Assembly: GCA_028534125.1 (NCBI GenBank)
Contig: CM052832.1
Coordinates: 12,402,001-12,466,000, forward strand
Source of the DNA: Lama glama
Taxonomy: Eukaryota
Direction: 5' to 3'
Length of the DNA stretch: 64,000 nucleotides
Shown here in pieces: positions 25,801 to 38,750 of the stretch. The notes below the pieces were generated by a model. The model was not told the origin of the DNA. It did no database searches and saw only the letters and a program-made list of their open reading frames with translations. The translations under genes and the position numbers were made by a program. Position 1 is the stretch's first letter. Each line of letters opens with the position of its first letter.

Positions 25801-26070
25801 GTACACATATTTGTAAGTATTTCTATATGTAACCATTTTCATCTATAAAAAGCTAAACATGAGTTCTTACTGATGCCTCCAACTCTAATTCATTACCACG
25901 CAAAACATCACTTTATCACTGAATACTACTCCATGGAATGGGTATACCATTTTGTTTATTCCTTCATTTATTGGAGACATCTTGGTTGTTTCCAGGTTTT
26001 GAAGATTATAATAAAGCTTCTAAAAACATTCATTTCTGCAGATTTTTATGTGGTTTTAAGTTTTCAAAAT
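22895..26070 (-). mobile_element. L1MD-like 3' region, split by a younger nested L1 at 23066-24781
   Basis: 'ttttagaacagtttcagatttatagaaaagttgc...ttaatgaaccaatattgatatac' resumes at about 24782 with 'aagtccacacttcattcatatttccttagtttt...cccatccaggatatcacattacatttagtc'. Confidence 0.8.
23066..24781 (-). mobile_element. Younger L1, ORF2 C-terminal portion, 5'-truncated and lacking the distal 3'UTR
   Basis: ORF 23664-23846 (-) KRHPNEWGKIFVNDTTDKGLRSNVYKQL is L1 ORF2-like. Probable diverged TSD TATTGATATACT / TATTTATATACT. Confidence 0.9.
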
Positions 26071-26249
26071 AGTAGTTAACATCATCTCTTCTTCCTAGGC
26101 AATCTTCCAGTTCTGTTAACCATCCACTGAAACCATCAAAATCTCTTCCCATCAACTTTGGCACCTGCCCAGCAGTCTCAAGTTTTCTGGTACAATTTTC
26201 ACAGCGTATCTGCTAGCCACCCTTTCCAAAACTCACCCATGAATTTAAC

Positions 26250-26365
26250 TCAAATGAATAAGCATCTACTGAGGGCCTATTACTGAGGGCCTATTACTGA
26301 GGCCTATTTGAATCGTGTACTAGGATTCAAAAGATAAATGATAGTGATATTGGCCCTCAATGAGG
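26250..26365 (-). mobile_element. L2 3' tail carrying a 14-bp tandem triplication (26267-26307)
   Basis: 'aataagcatctactgag...gtgtactaggattcaaaagataaatga...ggccctcaatgag'. (TACTGAGGGCCTAT)x2 plus TACTGAGGCCTAT. Confidence 0.65.
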
Positions 26366-26989
26366 AGATGAAAGCACTTCACCCAGAGCACAAAGCACCA
26401 CAGGAGTGCTCTGCAGTGCACCCAAGCTTCCCCAAGAGCTACCTCTCCCTGTAATGGCTGTGTTAACTCCAAGTAGGAGCGAGCCTGGGGTTCCCTAAGG
26501 ATATGAACTGCCTGTGTACTTTTATTTGAGTCTCTCCTCTTCTGTCACTATGGGTCTAAGCTGGCTCAATTCCTAGCTGTCTTGTAGATGTGACATAAAC
26601 CTATCGTCATCAATATCAATAGGCATTCCTGAACTCTATTCTACCAACGCAATGCCCTTCTCCCCTCTATCCTTATTTTCCTTACATGCCTTGGAATCAC
26701 ACACCAGTTTATTCTTTAAAATAAAAAAACTAAAAGGCCATGCAGAGAATGATAAAACTGAAATGCTACAAGCACTTTTAACTTAATATTACCTATATGC
26801 CTGTACTTCTTAACTGTCCCAATAGAAATAATAATATAAGTAATTCAACCTCTTTCTATTTTTTACATGCAAAATGACTGGATAGTGCAAAATGACTTTA
26901 CAAGGAAAATAACATTTTATTCTGCAAATTTACTTCTCCCTACTTAATTAACATAATAAAGGTATTGCAGGCACAAACTAACACATGAG

Positions 26990-27390
26990 GTTCAAGAATA
27001 TACTTGACCCACTTCTGGGAATGTATCCTATAAAAATAATTCAACAGAAGAATACTACTCATTGCAAAAAAAAAAAAAAGTCCATTATTACATTATGTAT
27101 AATAATGAAAAACTGAATACAACCATAACAGTTTCAAGTAGGGAAACAGATAAGCAAATGTGGATAAATTAGGTCTATGGTATAAAACATAATAATACAA
27201 AATAACTTTAAAAACAGAAATATGTGAAATGTCTGATACAATGACAAAGAAATAGAATACAAAATCACAAATACCCTTACACATTGCAAAAATATGTGTA
27301 TTTATGGAGAAATTGAAAGAAAATACAGAGAAAATGATTTACATAATGAAATTAACCACATTCTTCCTTAAATTTTTTCTTTTACAATGA
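26990..27390 (+). mobile_element. Old L1ME-like 3' fragment
   Basis: 'cccacttctgggaatgtatcctataaaaataatt', 'gataaattaggtctatgg'. Confidence 0.55.
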
Positions 27391-30279
27391 AAGTTTGAAG
27401 GAAAAAGTTACCTTTACTTAAGGCTGAATTTTCTTCCAAATCATACTGAACAGGGGAAAAAAAAAAAAAAAGAACCTAGGTGAGGGGTGCAGGGGATAAT
27501 TGAGCCCAAAAAATAAAAAGAGCTAAAACATCTGACTTGCCTGGTTTACATTCAGGTTTTGCCAGCTAAGCTCTGTAACTGTGAGACAGTTCCTGCTCTA
27601 AGAGTCCTCTATAAAATTTACTTTAAAGTTTTATAAATAAAAAAGAAATAAATGAAAATCAATGTATAAATGTAAGTAGTTATTATTCCATTCATACAGA
27701 TGTTTATCAGGTAACAGTGTTGAAGAGATATACTGTGAAGACTATCAATATAATCTTAAAGCAGCACATATTACGTGTTTTGTGCCTGGTGTTGGCAAGA
27801 CTACAACTTTTGAAAATCTGCTCTTTTTTTTTTCTACAAAGAGCCCAGCAGTTTAAAATATTTTCAACTGTAATAATTTATTTGATAAGTATCCTGCAAA
27901 AGAATTTACCTACTGACTTTTAAATATTTCAAATTAAGTCTTTACTCATTTTACATGTTAGTTTTGTTTATTTTACTTTTTTAAAAGTCTTCTTAAAAAA
28001 TAAAATTTCATTCAAAGAAGGGGCTCTGCTTTACTCATCTTTGTATTTCCCCCAGCACCGTAAACAATATAGAGTCAACATTCAGTTAAGGATTTATCAA
28101 CTGAATTCTTTAAATATTTCTTATTCCTGCTGCTAAATTAAATTATGCAACATCTGGCTAAAATACAGATTATAACTGCACATTCCTAATGCAATTTTCC
28201 AAAAAGGAATTCTTTTCTCATTAACAGAAACCCAGAGACAATCTGCACAAGAAACCAACAGAATGGGGCAGTCTCGAATCCAACTACATTCATACATACC
28301 TTGGGCTGCTAAAGGCAACTAAGATTGAGAATTTAATGCTTGAAGAGAGGAAGTTCTCCCAAAATCCTTGACCCTACAATTGCGAATGAGACTGACACTC
28401 AAGGTAGAAGTTTCCCTCACTTTAAGAAAAGTGAGAGAAATAAATTTCAACTAAGTAAATCAAATAAAAAGGAGAAAAGAAATCTGGTTAAAAGGATCTG
28501 CCAGAGAATAGCTGCCTTTCTGCCCCTGACACAGCACACTGCATCAAAAGAACAGCCTCACCCAGGTGTCTCCAGGAATACCTCACCTTCCTATTCCTAC
28601 TCTTGCCTTTTACTCTCCTTCATTCAAAGGAGCTGTTCAACTGCCACACCAGTGCCAGCACCAAAGGCAGTTAGAACCACTAGATCAGCTAGAGATGACA
28701 TCCTAAAACATTATCATTAGGATCAAAACCTTGGGGCTAGCCACTATAGTACACCAGTATGCCTGGAGGACCTGCCTGAAGTCTCAACACTAAAGCTGAA
28801 TACTAACAAAGCACAGAACAGCACCTGCAAAAATCTGGCCCTACGTGCTTTGTAAATCTTCATCGTTTCAAAATACTCTAGTGAGCCACAAGATGTAACA
28901 AACGGCTTAATCCAGTCTGATTTGTAACTAAGCAGTTGTGCTTTATTGATGGAAACTGGAAGGTAAGAGTTACAAATCATATATTTAATATTATAAAGGC
29001 ATCTACATTGTATTTGATAAATACAGACACAGTGAAGGAGTAAAGAAGTACCCTACACCCTGCCAAGCACACAATGTCAAAACAGTGAAAAATGTTAAGA
29101 CTCCAGCTCATAATTAGTCATTCTACTGCTAGGGAGGTGATGGCAGGCAATTTCTGTGGGAAAAGTAATGTCTGAACTTGGAATAAGCAGTCTCTCGCTG
29201 TTGAAGAAGTGGACACTTAAGAGCTGCTTCAGCCTGCTCATAAATATTCCTGTTCACTCGGAGCCAGACACTAGGTGGTCTACCTAATCTAACTGATTCC
29301 TAGCAGAAGGTAATGCAAGAAAAATAAAATCAAAGAAGAGTAAGTGTTTTCTCATTTCCCTGGTCCACTTAGGGAACTAAGCTGCCTATCCTCTTAAGAT
29401 ACTTCAGGATTTTCCCTCCAATAACTTTAACCTCCTTGCTCCTTCTTTGGGATCAAAACATTATAATCATTATATAACAATCATTTTTTCTAACAGAAGC
29501 CAATACATACACCATCAATTTGCTCTTTGAACCACAAACACACAATTTTAGTAAGTAAATGCAAAAACGCAAAAAGTTAGAAATCAAATTCTCTCACCAG
29601 TTCTATGGTATACCTTATTTAAGCAGTAGTTCAAAAATGATTTCTCTCTACTGGTAACATTCGTTCTTTAAAGGAGGATTTCTGTGTCTTTATCAAAAAA
29701 TGAAAATATCACAAGTTGCCCCAAAAGAGTTCAGAATTGCATGCACATGCATGAGAGAGACAGACAGACAGACTACCATATTGTGCTGTGCAATGTAAGT
29801 ATTTTTTAAACCCGTCATTACTTGGTGACAATTTTGATTTGGTTAGGTTGAAGACAGCTATTAAATACTTCAGAAAACACTTTAAAAAAAAATCTGAAGT
29901 TCAATTCCTGAGCTTTTAAAGAAAACGGATAGATCTACACAACACTTTATTGTTATTGGTAATAATAAATAGCCCATGTTATCAACAATTTGAATAAAGA
30001 AATAGTCTCTTTAAAAATAAAATCATTTGTTAAAGTTAACAAAATGAGCGATGGCTGTATTTCGAGCTCTGTGGTTTTAGGCTTATGACCAAGTAACAGA
30101 GGGAAAAAGTGTACTTTAGGCTAATAAATATCCAGAGTTTTTTTTCCTAGATTGATAAAACATTTCTTGGTCATATAAAATTTACTCCAAAAGTGAGCTT
30201 GGATCCCACAAAGTACTTCGTCATTACAGATAAAAAACCATGTAGTATATAATGAAATAATCTAGCAGTAACCAACTTC

Positions 30280-30980
30280 AGCAAGTTATCAAACTTAGCT
30301 ACTAGTACTAAGAAAAGCACAACCTTACTTTGTGTAACACCTGATGTGATAAATTAAAGACATGTCACCTATAAAGTAATTCTTGCAAAATAATGTTTAA
30401 GCTGAATTTAATCATGCAGGAACCATTATGATAAATTTGGGATGTTGAACAGTGCAAAACTTAGAATTAGACCAAGGCTTAGATTCTTCCCCTACAAAAA
30501 GTGTTCTGAGCCAGAAAAAAAACAAAGAAATAAACCAAAAAATGGCAGAGAAACCAGTGTGGATTAAAATGAAATACAGAAACATAACCAAATGTTTGAA
30601 GCTTGACTGGATCATGGATCAAAAACAAAATTTTTAAAACTGCAAAAGAAAAAAATTTAGGGGGACAACTGGGGAAATCTGAATAGAGACTGTGTATTAA
30701 ATGTTATGAAACTGTTGATATTTTTCTTAGGTATGACAATGGTATTGTGGTAACACAAAAGAACACCCTTATTTTTAGGATGTGCATGCTACAGAATTTA
30801 GTGGTGAAGTGGCATAGTGTCTGCAACCTTCATGCAGCAAGGTAGCAAAGAATTAGAGAAGAGAGGAAAAGCAAACGTCAGTGTTAATAATTGGTTGGTC
30901 TAAGTAAAGAATATACAGATATTCATTGTTCTAGTCTTTTAACTTCCATGCAGGTTTCAATATTTTTAAACTATAAAGTT
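30280..30980 (+). mobile_element. L1MC/ME-like 3' region
   Basis: 'cttgactggatcatggatcaaaaa', 'ggggacaactggggaaatctgaatagagactg', 'tatgacaatggtattgtggt'. Confidence 0.8.
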
Positions 30981-32359
30981 GGGAGAGGGGAAGAATGGTT
31001 GTGGGGGCTTCAATGTTTTCATCCACTTACAGTACTGTGCTTTGCTTATAGCACCAAAGAAAACCCAAATCATCATTGCTTTTCCCTCAACAGCAAAAGA
31101 TGATATATTAAATGCTGGTGTATGATAGGTAGCACAGATATAAAATTCTTTCTTTTTCTAAGCACAGGAAATCCTGCTACAAAAAAAAAAAAATAAAAAG
31201 CACAAATTCAGAAGAGAGCCCTTCAAGGGTGACTGAATTTTTAAAAGCCTCGTCTAAGAAACAACACAGTTCCCAAACCTTTTACAAAAGTTAAAAGAAA
31301 AGCCCCAATCAATTTAAAGAAAGCTAGTCAGCAATAATAAAATATTTTCAAAAAATGTAAATCATATTGCCCGTGTATAAATTTAAAGACTTTATCAAAC
31401 ATGATTTAACCACCATGGATGAGAAAATCTAACATTTCATTTGTTTATCTTCAAATTAGTTAAATGTGAAAAACATGTGAACAAACATAAAAATTTAATA
31501 ACTAGAAATTTTTTCTAGTAGAATTATGTTGCTTACAAAAATGTAAAAGCTGAAGATTAAGAACAATCTTTGAAAATATGAAACTCCAAAAGAAGATCTG
31601 TAAAGAATAAGAAAACTATGGCATACACATAGTGGGAACTCAAATATTTGCTAAATGAATACTTACAGAAGACAAAAGTACACCTTATACCTTTAAAATG
31701 TGCTATTGTGTCCAGCAAAATAGGGACATGTAAAAAAAATTTCTCTAATTAAGATTCCAACATTGTAATTATCAGATATATATAGTATACACTAGCAAAA
31801 TCCTAGCAAAAAAAGTGGCACAGTGACTGTTTGAAGTAATTTACCCTATCAAAAACTACCCACAAGTCTTAAGGGGATCCTCCTTCACAAGAAGGAGCCT
31901 CTATAGACACACAGAAGAGAAATGTCTCTCCCATGAGACAAGAGGCTGAGTTCTAGAAATCAATGACAAGACATGCTTTAAGATTCAGAGCTATTCCCTA
32001 TACCTCTGGAGGTTTCCAAAGCCCACTATTCCAATGAGAAATACTCAAACCTGCAGAAATTACAAGAGGCCTTTCAGATGACACTGGGTTCTAATGTGGC
32101 CAGATATCCTTGGTGGAAACGGACTCCTAAGAATACAAACTTTTGTCCCTGGTTCATCACCTAAGAGCTTAAAAAAGCCCATACCCAGGCTCAAGGACAC
32201 GTGCCATGCCCAGAGTCGTTCTTTTGACATCAAATGAAACAACACACTTCACTTCCAAGTTTATAACTAATTAGACCAAGAATCAGTACCTGAAGTAAGG
32301 CTAGACATAATGAAGGTGGCCAGGAAGATACAGTGAAAAGGAGTGCCAGTTAAGTTAGA

Positions 32360-32677
32360 CTGGCACTGTCTACAATGGTTGTTACTGGCCACATGTGGCT
32401 ATTAGGCACTGGGAATCTATTTAGGCTGAATTGAGATGTGCTGTATATATAAAATACACATCAAATTTCAAAGACTTATCATGAAGAAAAATGTAAAATA
32501 TCTCATTAATAAATTCATATTGATTATATATTGAAATGCTTCATATATGTTGGATTAAAATAATTAAAGTTAATTTCACCTTTTTACTCTGTTCTGCTTC
32601 ATTTTTTTTTTAATATAGCCACTAGAAATTTTTTAATTACATGCTGCTCATATTATTTTCTTACTGGACAGCACTGA
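32360..32677. mobile_element. MER33 hAT-Charlie MITE
   Basis: 'ggccacatgtggctatt...gaattgagatgtgctgta...aaaatgtaaaatatctcattaataa...ctggacagcactg'. Confidence 0.85.
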
Positions 32678-32709
32678 CACTATGACCAAAAGGAAAGCTT
32701 GATAAAAGC

Positions 32710-32955
32710 AGTAGCAACTTTATTTACTAGGGGCATTTACCATGTTTCAAGTATGTGCTAACTACTTTAAGTATTTTATTCCTCACAGCAGCTTTAACAT
32801 ATACATAGTCTGGTTCAAGGGAAGGAAAACCTGGCTTGTGGGGAAGGGAGAGGAGACATGAAACAAAACAAAACCCTGTTCCAAATCACAGAGCTAGTAA
32901 ATAGCAGAACAGGGATTGGAACTCAGACCTTCTGATTCCAGACCTTAAACCCAGA
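32710..32955 (-). mobile_element. MIR SINE
   Basis: 'ttattcctcacagcagc...ccaaatcacagagctagtaaatagcagaacagggattggaactcagaccttctgattcca'. Confidence 0.75.
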
Positions 32956-32959
32956 ATCC

Positions 32960-33136
32960 CTATGCCAAAATGTTGTCCCAGGACCAGCAGTATCACCTGA
33001 GAACTTGTTAAAAATGAAAATTGTCAGACTGTACACCAAATCTAGAGAATCAAACTCTGGAGGTGGGGCTTTGAAATCTGTATTTTAACAAGCCCTCAAG
33101 ATGATGCTGATTCAGCCCCAAAGTCTGAGAACTGTT
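32960..33136. mobile_element. MER5A MITE
   Basis: 'ggaccagcagtatcacctgagaacttgttaaaaatgaaaatt...aatctgtattttaacaagccctc...aagtctgagaactg'. Confidence 0.85.
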
Positions 33137-33439
33137 TCCCTGAGCTATACAGATACCAGCCAATCAAGCCCTCTTAAAGGAGGATAACTGTGAGAAGTCT
33201 TAGAAAAGGCGAGTCCCTGTTACTGTATCCTTTATTGAAGCTCTTCTAGAAACCTGCTCTAGTAAGCACCGAGGCTCTGCAATTGCATCCTGACTTTGCA
33301 GAGAGCATCCCTTCAACAAGCCCACTATCTAGGACAGCATTTCATTTCATTTAACATTCCAGATGGATTAAGGACTTAAACGCAAATAAAATCACAAAAG
33401 TACCAGCCAAAATAGCTTTTTAATGACATTTGGATGTAG

Positions 33440-33790
33440 GCCTAAGTATGACCCAAAACTTAACACTATAAAAGAAGAATCAAAAATACAAAAAAAAAAT
33501 CTGAACTGCACAGGAACACTATGAGCAAAGTTTAACAACAAAAACAACTGGGGCAGGATGACTTTTGTGACAGACATCATGAAGGGCTAATTTCTTAATT
33601 TATAAAAAGGATTTCTACACATCAAAAGAAAAAACCGACCCAAGAGATAAATGCCTCTCCAAATTAATTAAAATAGATGAGTCAAAATAAAGAAAATGCA
33701 AGTGCTCAATTTCACTCATAATTAAGAGAAACGAAAATTAAAATGAGTTTTCTTTGCCACTTCTCAAACTGGCAAAGATCAAAGGATCTG
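33440..33790 (+). mobile_element. L1ME-like ORF2 fragment
   Basis: 'gaagggctaatttcttaatttataaaaag', 'gtgctcaatttcactcataattaagagaaacgaaaattaaaa'. Confidence 0.65.
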
Positions 33791-33799
33791 AAGTTAAAT

Positions 33800-34500
33800 C
33801 TAAAGGTGAGCTTCAAATTTTCTTGCCCCACTCCCATGCCTTCTGCAATTCAGTTTGTTGTCATGTCATTCAGGAACTCCTCAGTCCAAGAATCTTAATA
33901 TCACACTTGATTTAATCTCTGCCTGTCCGTTTCTCTCTCACCCTATCCTCCCTCCCCCAAATCTGATCTGCCAGCAATCCTACCAACTCAACCTTCAAAA
34001 AAAAAAAAGATTCAAAATTCAACTACTTTTCCTCATCCTCACTGTCATAACTCTGATGTAAGCCATTGCGAACTCTCCCCTGGATTATTACAGTAACCTC
34101 TTAACTGCCCTTGCTCTTGTCCCATAGTCGTTTCTTAACACCAAAGAATCACTCTAGCTGCTAAAATGCAGAGCAGATTATACCGCCACTCTGCTCAAAA
34201 TCCTTCAATGGACTTTCATGCCATTCAGTGAAAGCTAGTCTTTACCATGATTCACATGACCTGTGTTCCTTACCCATTAACTTCTCTGCTGCAGTCATTA
34301 CTGGTTCCCTTACTGTTCTTAAACATCAAGAACACTTCTGCCTCTAAATCTCTGCACTTGTGTTCCCTCTGCCTGGGAGGTTCCTGTCCTAGATTATCTA
34401 TATGGCTAGCTACCTTACATCTTTCAGGTTTTTATATAAAAGGCCGTCCTCTCTCCTCTGATCACCCTATCTAAAATTTTACTCTCCAACCCTGATGCTT
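33800..34500 (+). mobile_element. L2 LINE fragment
   Basis: 'ccctggattattacagtaacctcttaactg', 'ctctgctcaaaatccttcaatgg', 'tgttccctctgcctggga'. Confidence 0.8.
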
Positions 34501-35084
34501 CTTATACTGCTCTGAAGGCATCAGAAGGTGCTAACAAAGTCTGGCTTTCTCATTCTCCTTAAGTAGGGAACCTAGCATGAAACTTCTTTTGGAAGTATTT
34601 TTTTAAAATCTGTTGAGTTATGAAATTTTATCTTGTTAAGGGGTCTTACCTCATTCATCTTTTTATTTGGTGTGGGTCCACTGACTTTGAAAAAATTTCA
34701 GTCTTTAACACTGTTTTCTTTCATTATTACTTTGACCCCCTCCCATTTTTTTTGTTTTTTCTCTTTTTGGAATTCCTGTTAGACAGTTTCTGAGGGAAAA
34801 TAATTTTGAATTTAGACCCTTATACTCAATCAAATAGCAGTCACAACAAAGAGCAAAACACTAACATGGATCTCAAATTTACCACATGGATACTTCTGAT
34901 AACAATACCAGAGTACGCTCTCCAACAAAAAAGGTGATCTTAATCAGTAGGAAAATGTGTGACACAAGAAAGAGTTGTACGCAAACAAAAAAAGTTAAAC
35001 TTATGGTTATGTATAAATAGATCACCATTTTTGTTTTTAACCAAGCAAACAGCTAATTCCAAGGAAACAGGATTATCAAAAACA

Positions 35085-35960
35085 TTTAGGTACCCCTATC
35101 CAATACAACAGCATCTCACACTTGTCCAAAACCTAACTCCTCATTTTCCCACCAAAACTGCTTCTCTGTAAGACTTCATCTCAGTGAAAGGCAATTCCAT
35201 CCTTCTAGTTGCTTAAGTCAAGTATCTTGGAGTCATCTTTAACTCTACTCTAAAACTATATCCAAACTACTAACAATTACTCCCAACTCCACAGCCCGGG
35301 TCCACACCACGATGATATTAAACTTGAATTACTATAATCATCTCCTTAATGGTCTCTTTGCATCCTCCTTTGCCCCCATATAGCAGCCCAAATAACCCTT
35401 GTAAAACTAAGCCTGATCACATCAGACCTACTCTACGCTGATTTCCCATCTCATTCAGAGTAAAAGCTAAAGTTATTACTTAGCTTGCAAGGGCCTCAAT
35501 GACTCAAGCCTCATTACTTCTGACTCCAGCTTTTACTAGTCTCCTAGTCTTTTGCTCTGTACCAGCCAACAGGGGCACCTTTGCTGTTCCTGGAACACAT
35601 CTTGAACACTCTCCATCCTGCCCTACGTTCTTTGCATTTGCCATCACCTTTGTGCCTTTGTACTCTTCCCCCAGATAACAACATACCTAGGTCTTTACCT
35701 ATTGACCTCCCCTATACAAAATAGGAAACCTACACATTCACACACCCTTTTCTCTAGCACCCAAGTCCCCTTAATGGTTCTTTTCTCCTATAGTACTCAT
35801 CACCATCTGACATACTACTTAGTTATGTATCTATCTCTCTTCCTACAAGAATATAAGGTCCTTGAAGGTATAGGTCCTTTGCTAGCTTCATTTTCTGCTA
35901 CATTCCCAGTGCTGGGGTAGTGCCTAGTATACATTAGGTGTTCAGTTTGTGAAATGCATA
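35085..35960 (+). mobile_element. L2 LINE 3' region
   Basis: 'ggcaattccatccttctagttgcttaagtcaag...cttggagtcatcttt', 'agaatataaggtccttgaagg...tagtgcctagtatacattaggtgttcag'. Confidence 0.8.
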
Positions 35961-38470
35961 AAAACTAGCCACTTAAAAGGCATGCAAGCTTCTCATAGCT
36001 CTATTTCTAGAGCCTAAGAGTCCCTGACATAGAGCATATTCAGGAGAGAAAAAGGAAGAGCTAACAATCTGCACTAAGGCCACATCCTTAAATGAGCAAG
36101 AGGAACAAGAGGAGTTGTTAGAAGAAGCATGAAAACAAGTCAATGTCAAATATTTACTTGTATCTCAGAACAAGGGCTAACTTCAAAGGAGGCATGGAGC
36201 TAATAAGAAAAGTATTTAGGAAATAGTGTATTTTAATTATGCAAAACAAAACAAAACAAAACAAAAAAATCAATTAGCTGACAGAAAATGAACTGAGAAC
36301 ATGAACAGCCTGAATTACACAGAGTGGGGAGGGGGTGAATGATGCAGAATGTCAGGAATGCAGAGACAAAATGACAAAACAAACAAATTTCAGAGCAGTG
36401 ACATTTCTGGCAGCGGGTAGAAGGACCGGAAAGAGTTTGCAACAGATGCATCAAGATACTACAGCAAGGACAAATTTTGGCAGGAATAAAAAGTGTAAAG
36501 GTCAAACTGGAGATATGTATTGAGACCACATATTTACACAGCTTACTGGGAAAGCAGCATTAAAGTTCATACCCAGTGATACAGAAAGAATCCTATGTGC
36601 TTCTATGGTTATCAGGAAAAAGTATTAATCACACAGTCCAATGGGGTAATAATGCAGCTGTGTGAGGGCAAAGATAACGTTACTATGGGAACTTTGCTTC
36701 ATTCCTTTTTTTTTCAACTTTTTGGCAATATTAGTATCTTATTTCTAATGTAGCATTTAAAACTTTTACCAAAAAAAAAAGAAAAAACTTACACAGTATT
36801 TTCTCCCAACTCTAATAACCTAAACAATCAGTTTTCAAAACATACTCCGTAAGGGCAAGAATATGTAAATAATTAGGACAGTTCTAGACTTTCCTGAGAA
36901 ACTCAAGTTTCTTTCCAGAAAATACTAAAAAATCTATCAGAAACCACTATTTTAAAGAGGATGTTTCATTTTGAAGGTATGCCCAACAGTAATAATACTC
37001 CCTTATTAAAGAAAGAGCAGTTTAGACCAAACATGACAAAGGGTCATTAGATCCATGCCAGCTTCCAGTGAGAAGAGTCACAATGCAACCTAACTCATCT
37101 GGCTCTTACTTTTCTCCTCTCTTAATCCTGACTCAATAACTTGCATGCAAATGGTCTCAGAAGTTCTGCATCAGGACAGCAGTGTTTACACCACAGGGGT
37201 TAAGATTTAGATTCAATAAGCCTGAAACAGGGTCAAGTATTTAGAGTTTGCAAAAATGCCAAAGGTGACAACTACTGCTTGACAGTGGACAATTACTGCA
37301 TTGAGAATGCTTCCAATTTTTTTAGGTTTAGAGTCCCAATACCACACATGAATACAGGTATCCTCATTTTTCTCAGAAGAATATACTCCAGGATCATATT
37401 TTAGATCTCTACAAAGCAAACTGTTTTTTCTACTTACTTTCTATTTTGATTGTAAACATTTAAGCAATAAAGTTACCAATTAAAGGCATGCTAGATATTG
37501 TTATTTGGGAGAATTTCTACAGGAAATTCAAAACTCTGAACTATTTTTTCAAAACCTGGAAATTCCTCTGCACATCACCTGTAACCTCTGACTCTTCATA
37601 TCACAGAACTGAATTTCTCTCACGCTCAGAGATCTGCTGCCTACTCATTTCGAGTCCTCTCCTTTGTTCTTAGTATTTGTATCTCCTAGGACTGGAGTAA
37701 AATTTCAAACTTTGCCAGCAGGTATCATAATCTGACTCAAAGCAAAACCCTACTCCAGCCTAAATATTCTTAAAAGTTTTTCAAGACCACTGGGTCTCTG
37801 AGATAAATCACTGACCTACATTCAGGAGTAGGTTTTAAAATTGGTAAGTCATAGGCTATCCAAACAAGATCATATGCTAATCATCTTTGTATTCCCTGTG
37901 CCTGAAACATTCAGTAAATTTTCTTAAATTTTTTTTCGCTAACATAGTTATGATTGAGGCTTCAATAAAATACTGATTATGAAACAAAGTCTGCCTCTAA
38001 ACATATAATAAAGAAATAAATAATGAAAAAAATCTCATTTCTGGTTAAACTTATTTTCTCAGAAATTCATCTCTTGCTCTAATGATTAAACTTTCTTGGA
38101 TGGAAAGATAAAAGTAAGTGATTTGCCAAAATGCTTTAAAAAAAAAACCTAGATCAACATAAAGCTGGACAGACAGAGGATTCAGGAAGTTTTACTAATT
38201 AAAACACTTTTATCCACTAAACTTAGGGTAGGGTGAAAAAAAAAACCTACAACTGGGGGCTAGCCACTGTATGCCATTTAAGGAAACGAGTTATTTCTTC
38301 ACTCTTCAAAGAAGAGATTTCTATGTGCAAGTGGTACTGGTAGCAGCTTGCTAAGCATAATTTTTGGTGCCCATCAAGACATACAACCATTGCCACCACC
38401 CTTAAATTGGTTTAAACCCTCCCTAGGTAGTAGCTGATAAATCCCATCAGAGTTCAGTCACTTAAAGGCA

Positions 38471-38750
38471 CAGGTTACAAACTCAAATATCTGGGCAGGT
38501 AATGTAAGTGAATAAAGCAAGCTGGGTTCATAACAACAGGCAGTGTGAGTCTGGGGCAAACTCACCAAAGCCTGTCAGTCTAAAAGGGCAACATTTAATC
38601 AACTCCAGCCAACTGGAGCCACAGAGAAATTAAAAGAGAAAAGAAAAAAACTACATTTTTGAAGCCAAACATTCAAAATTTATGTGAAATCTGCCCTAGT
38701 TTTAAAACACTGCAGGCCAAACCAAACACACCTGCAGACAATCTCTACCT
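38471..38750. mobile_element. MER102-like hAT-Charlie element
   Basis: 'acaaactcaaatatctgggcaggtaatgtaagtgaataaagc...tttatgtgaaatct...aaaacactgcaggccaaaccaaacac'. Confidence 0.7.

Noticed and set aside
28340..28720. 126-aa plus-strand ORF
   Set aside because: Non-ATG start, no recognisable homology or exon structure; length compatible with chance
32342..32367. 9-bp hairpin AGTGCCAGT/ACTGGCACT
   Set aside because: Chance-level and overlaps the MER33 terminus
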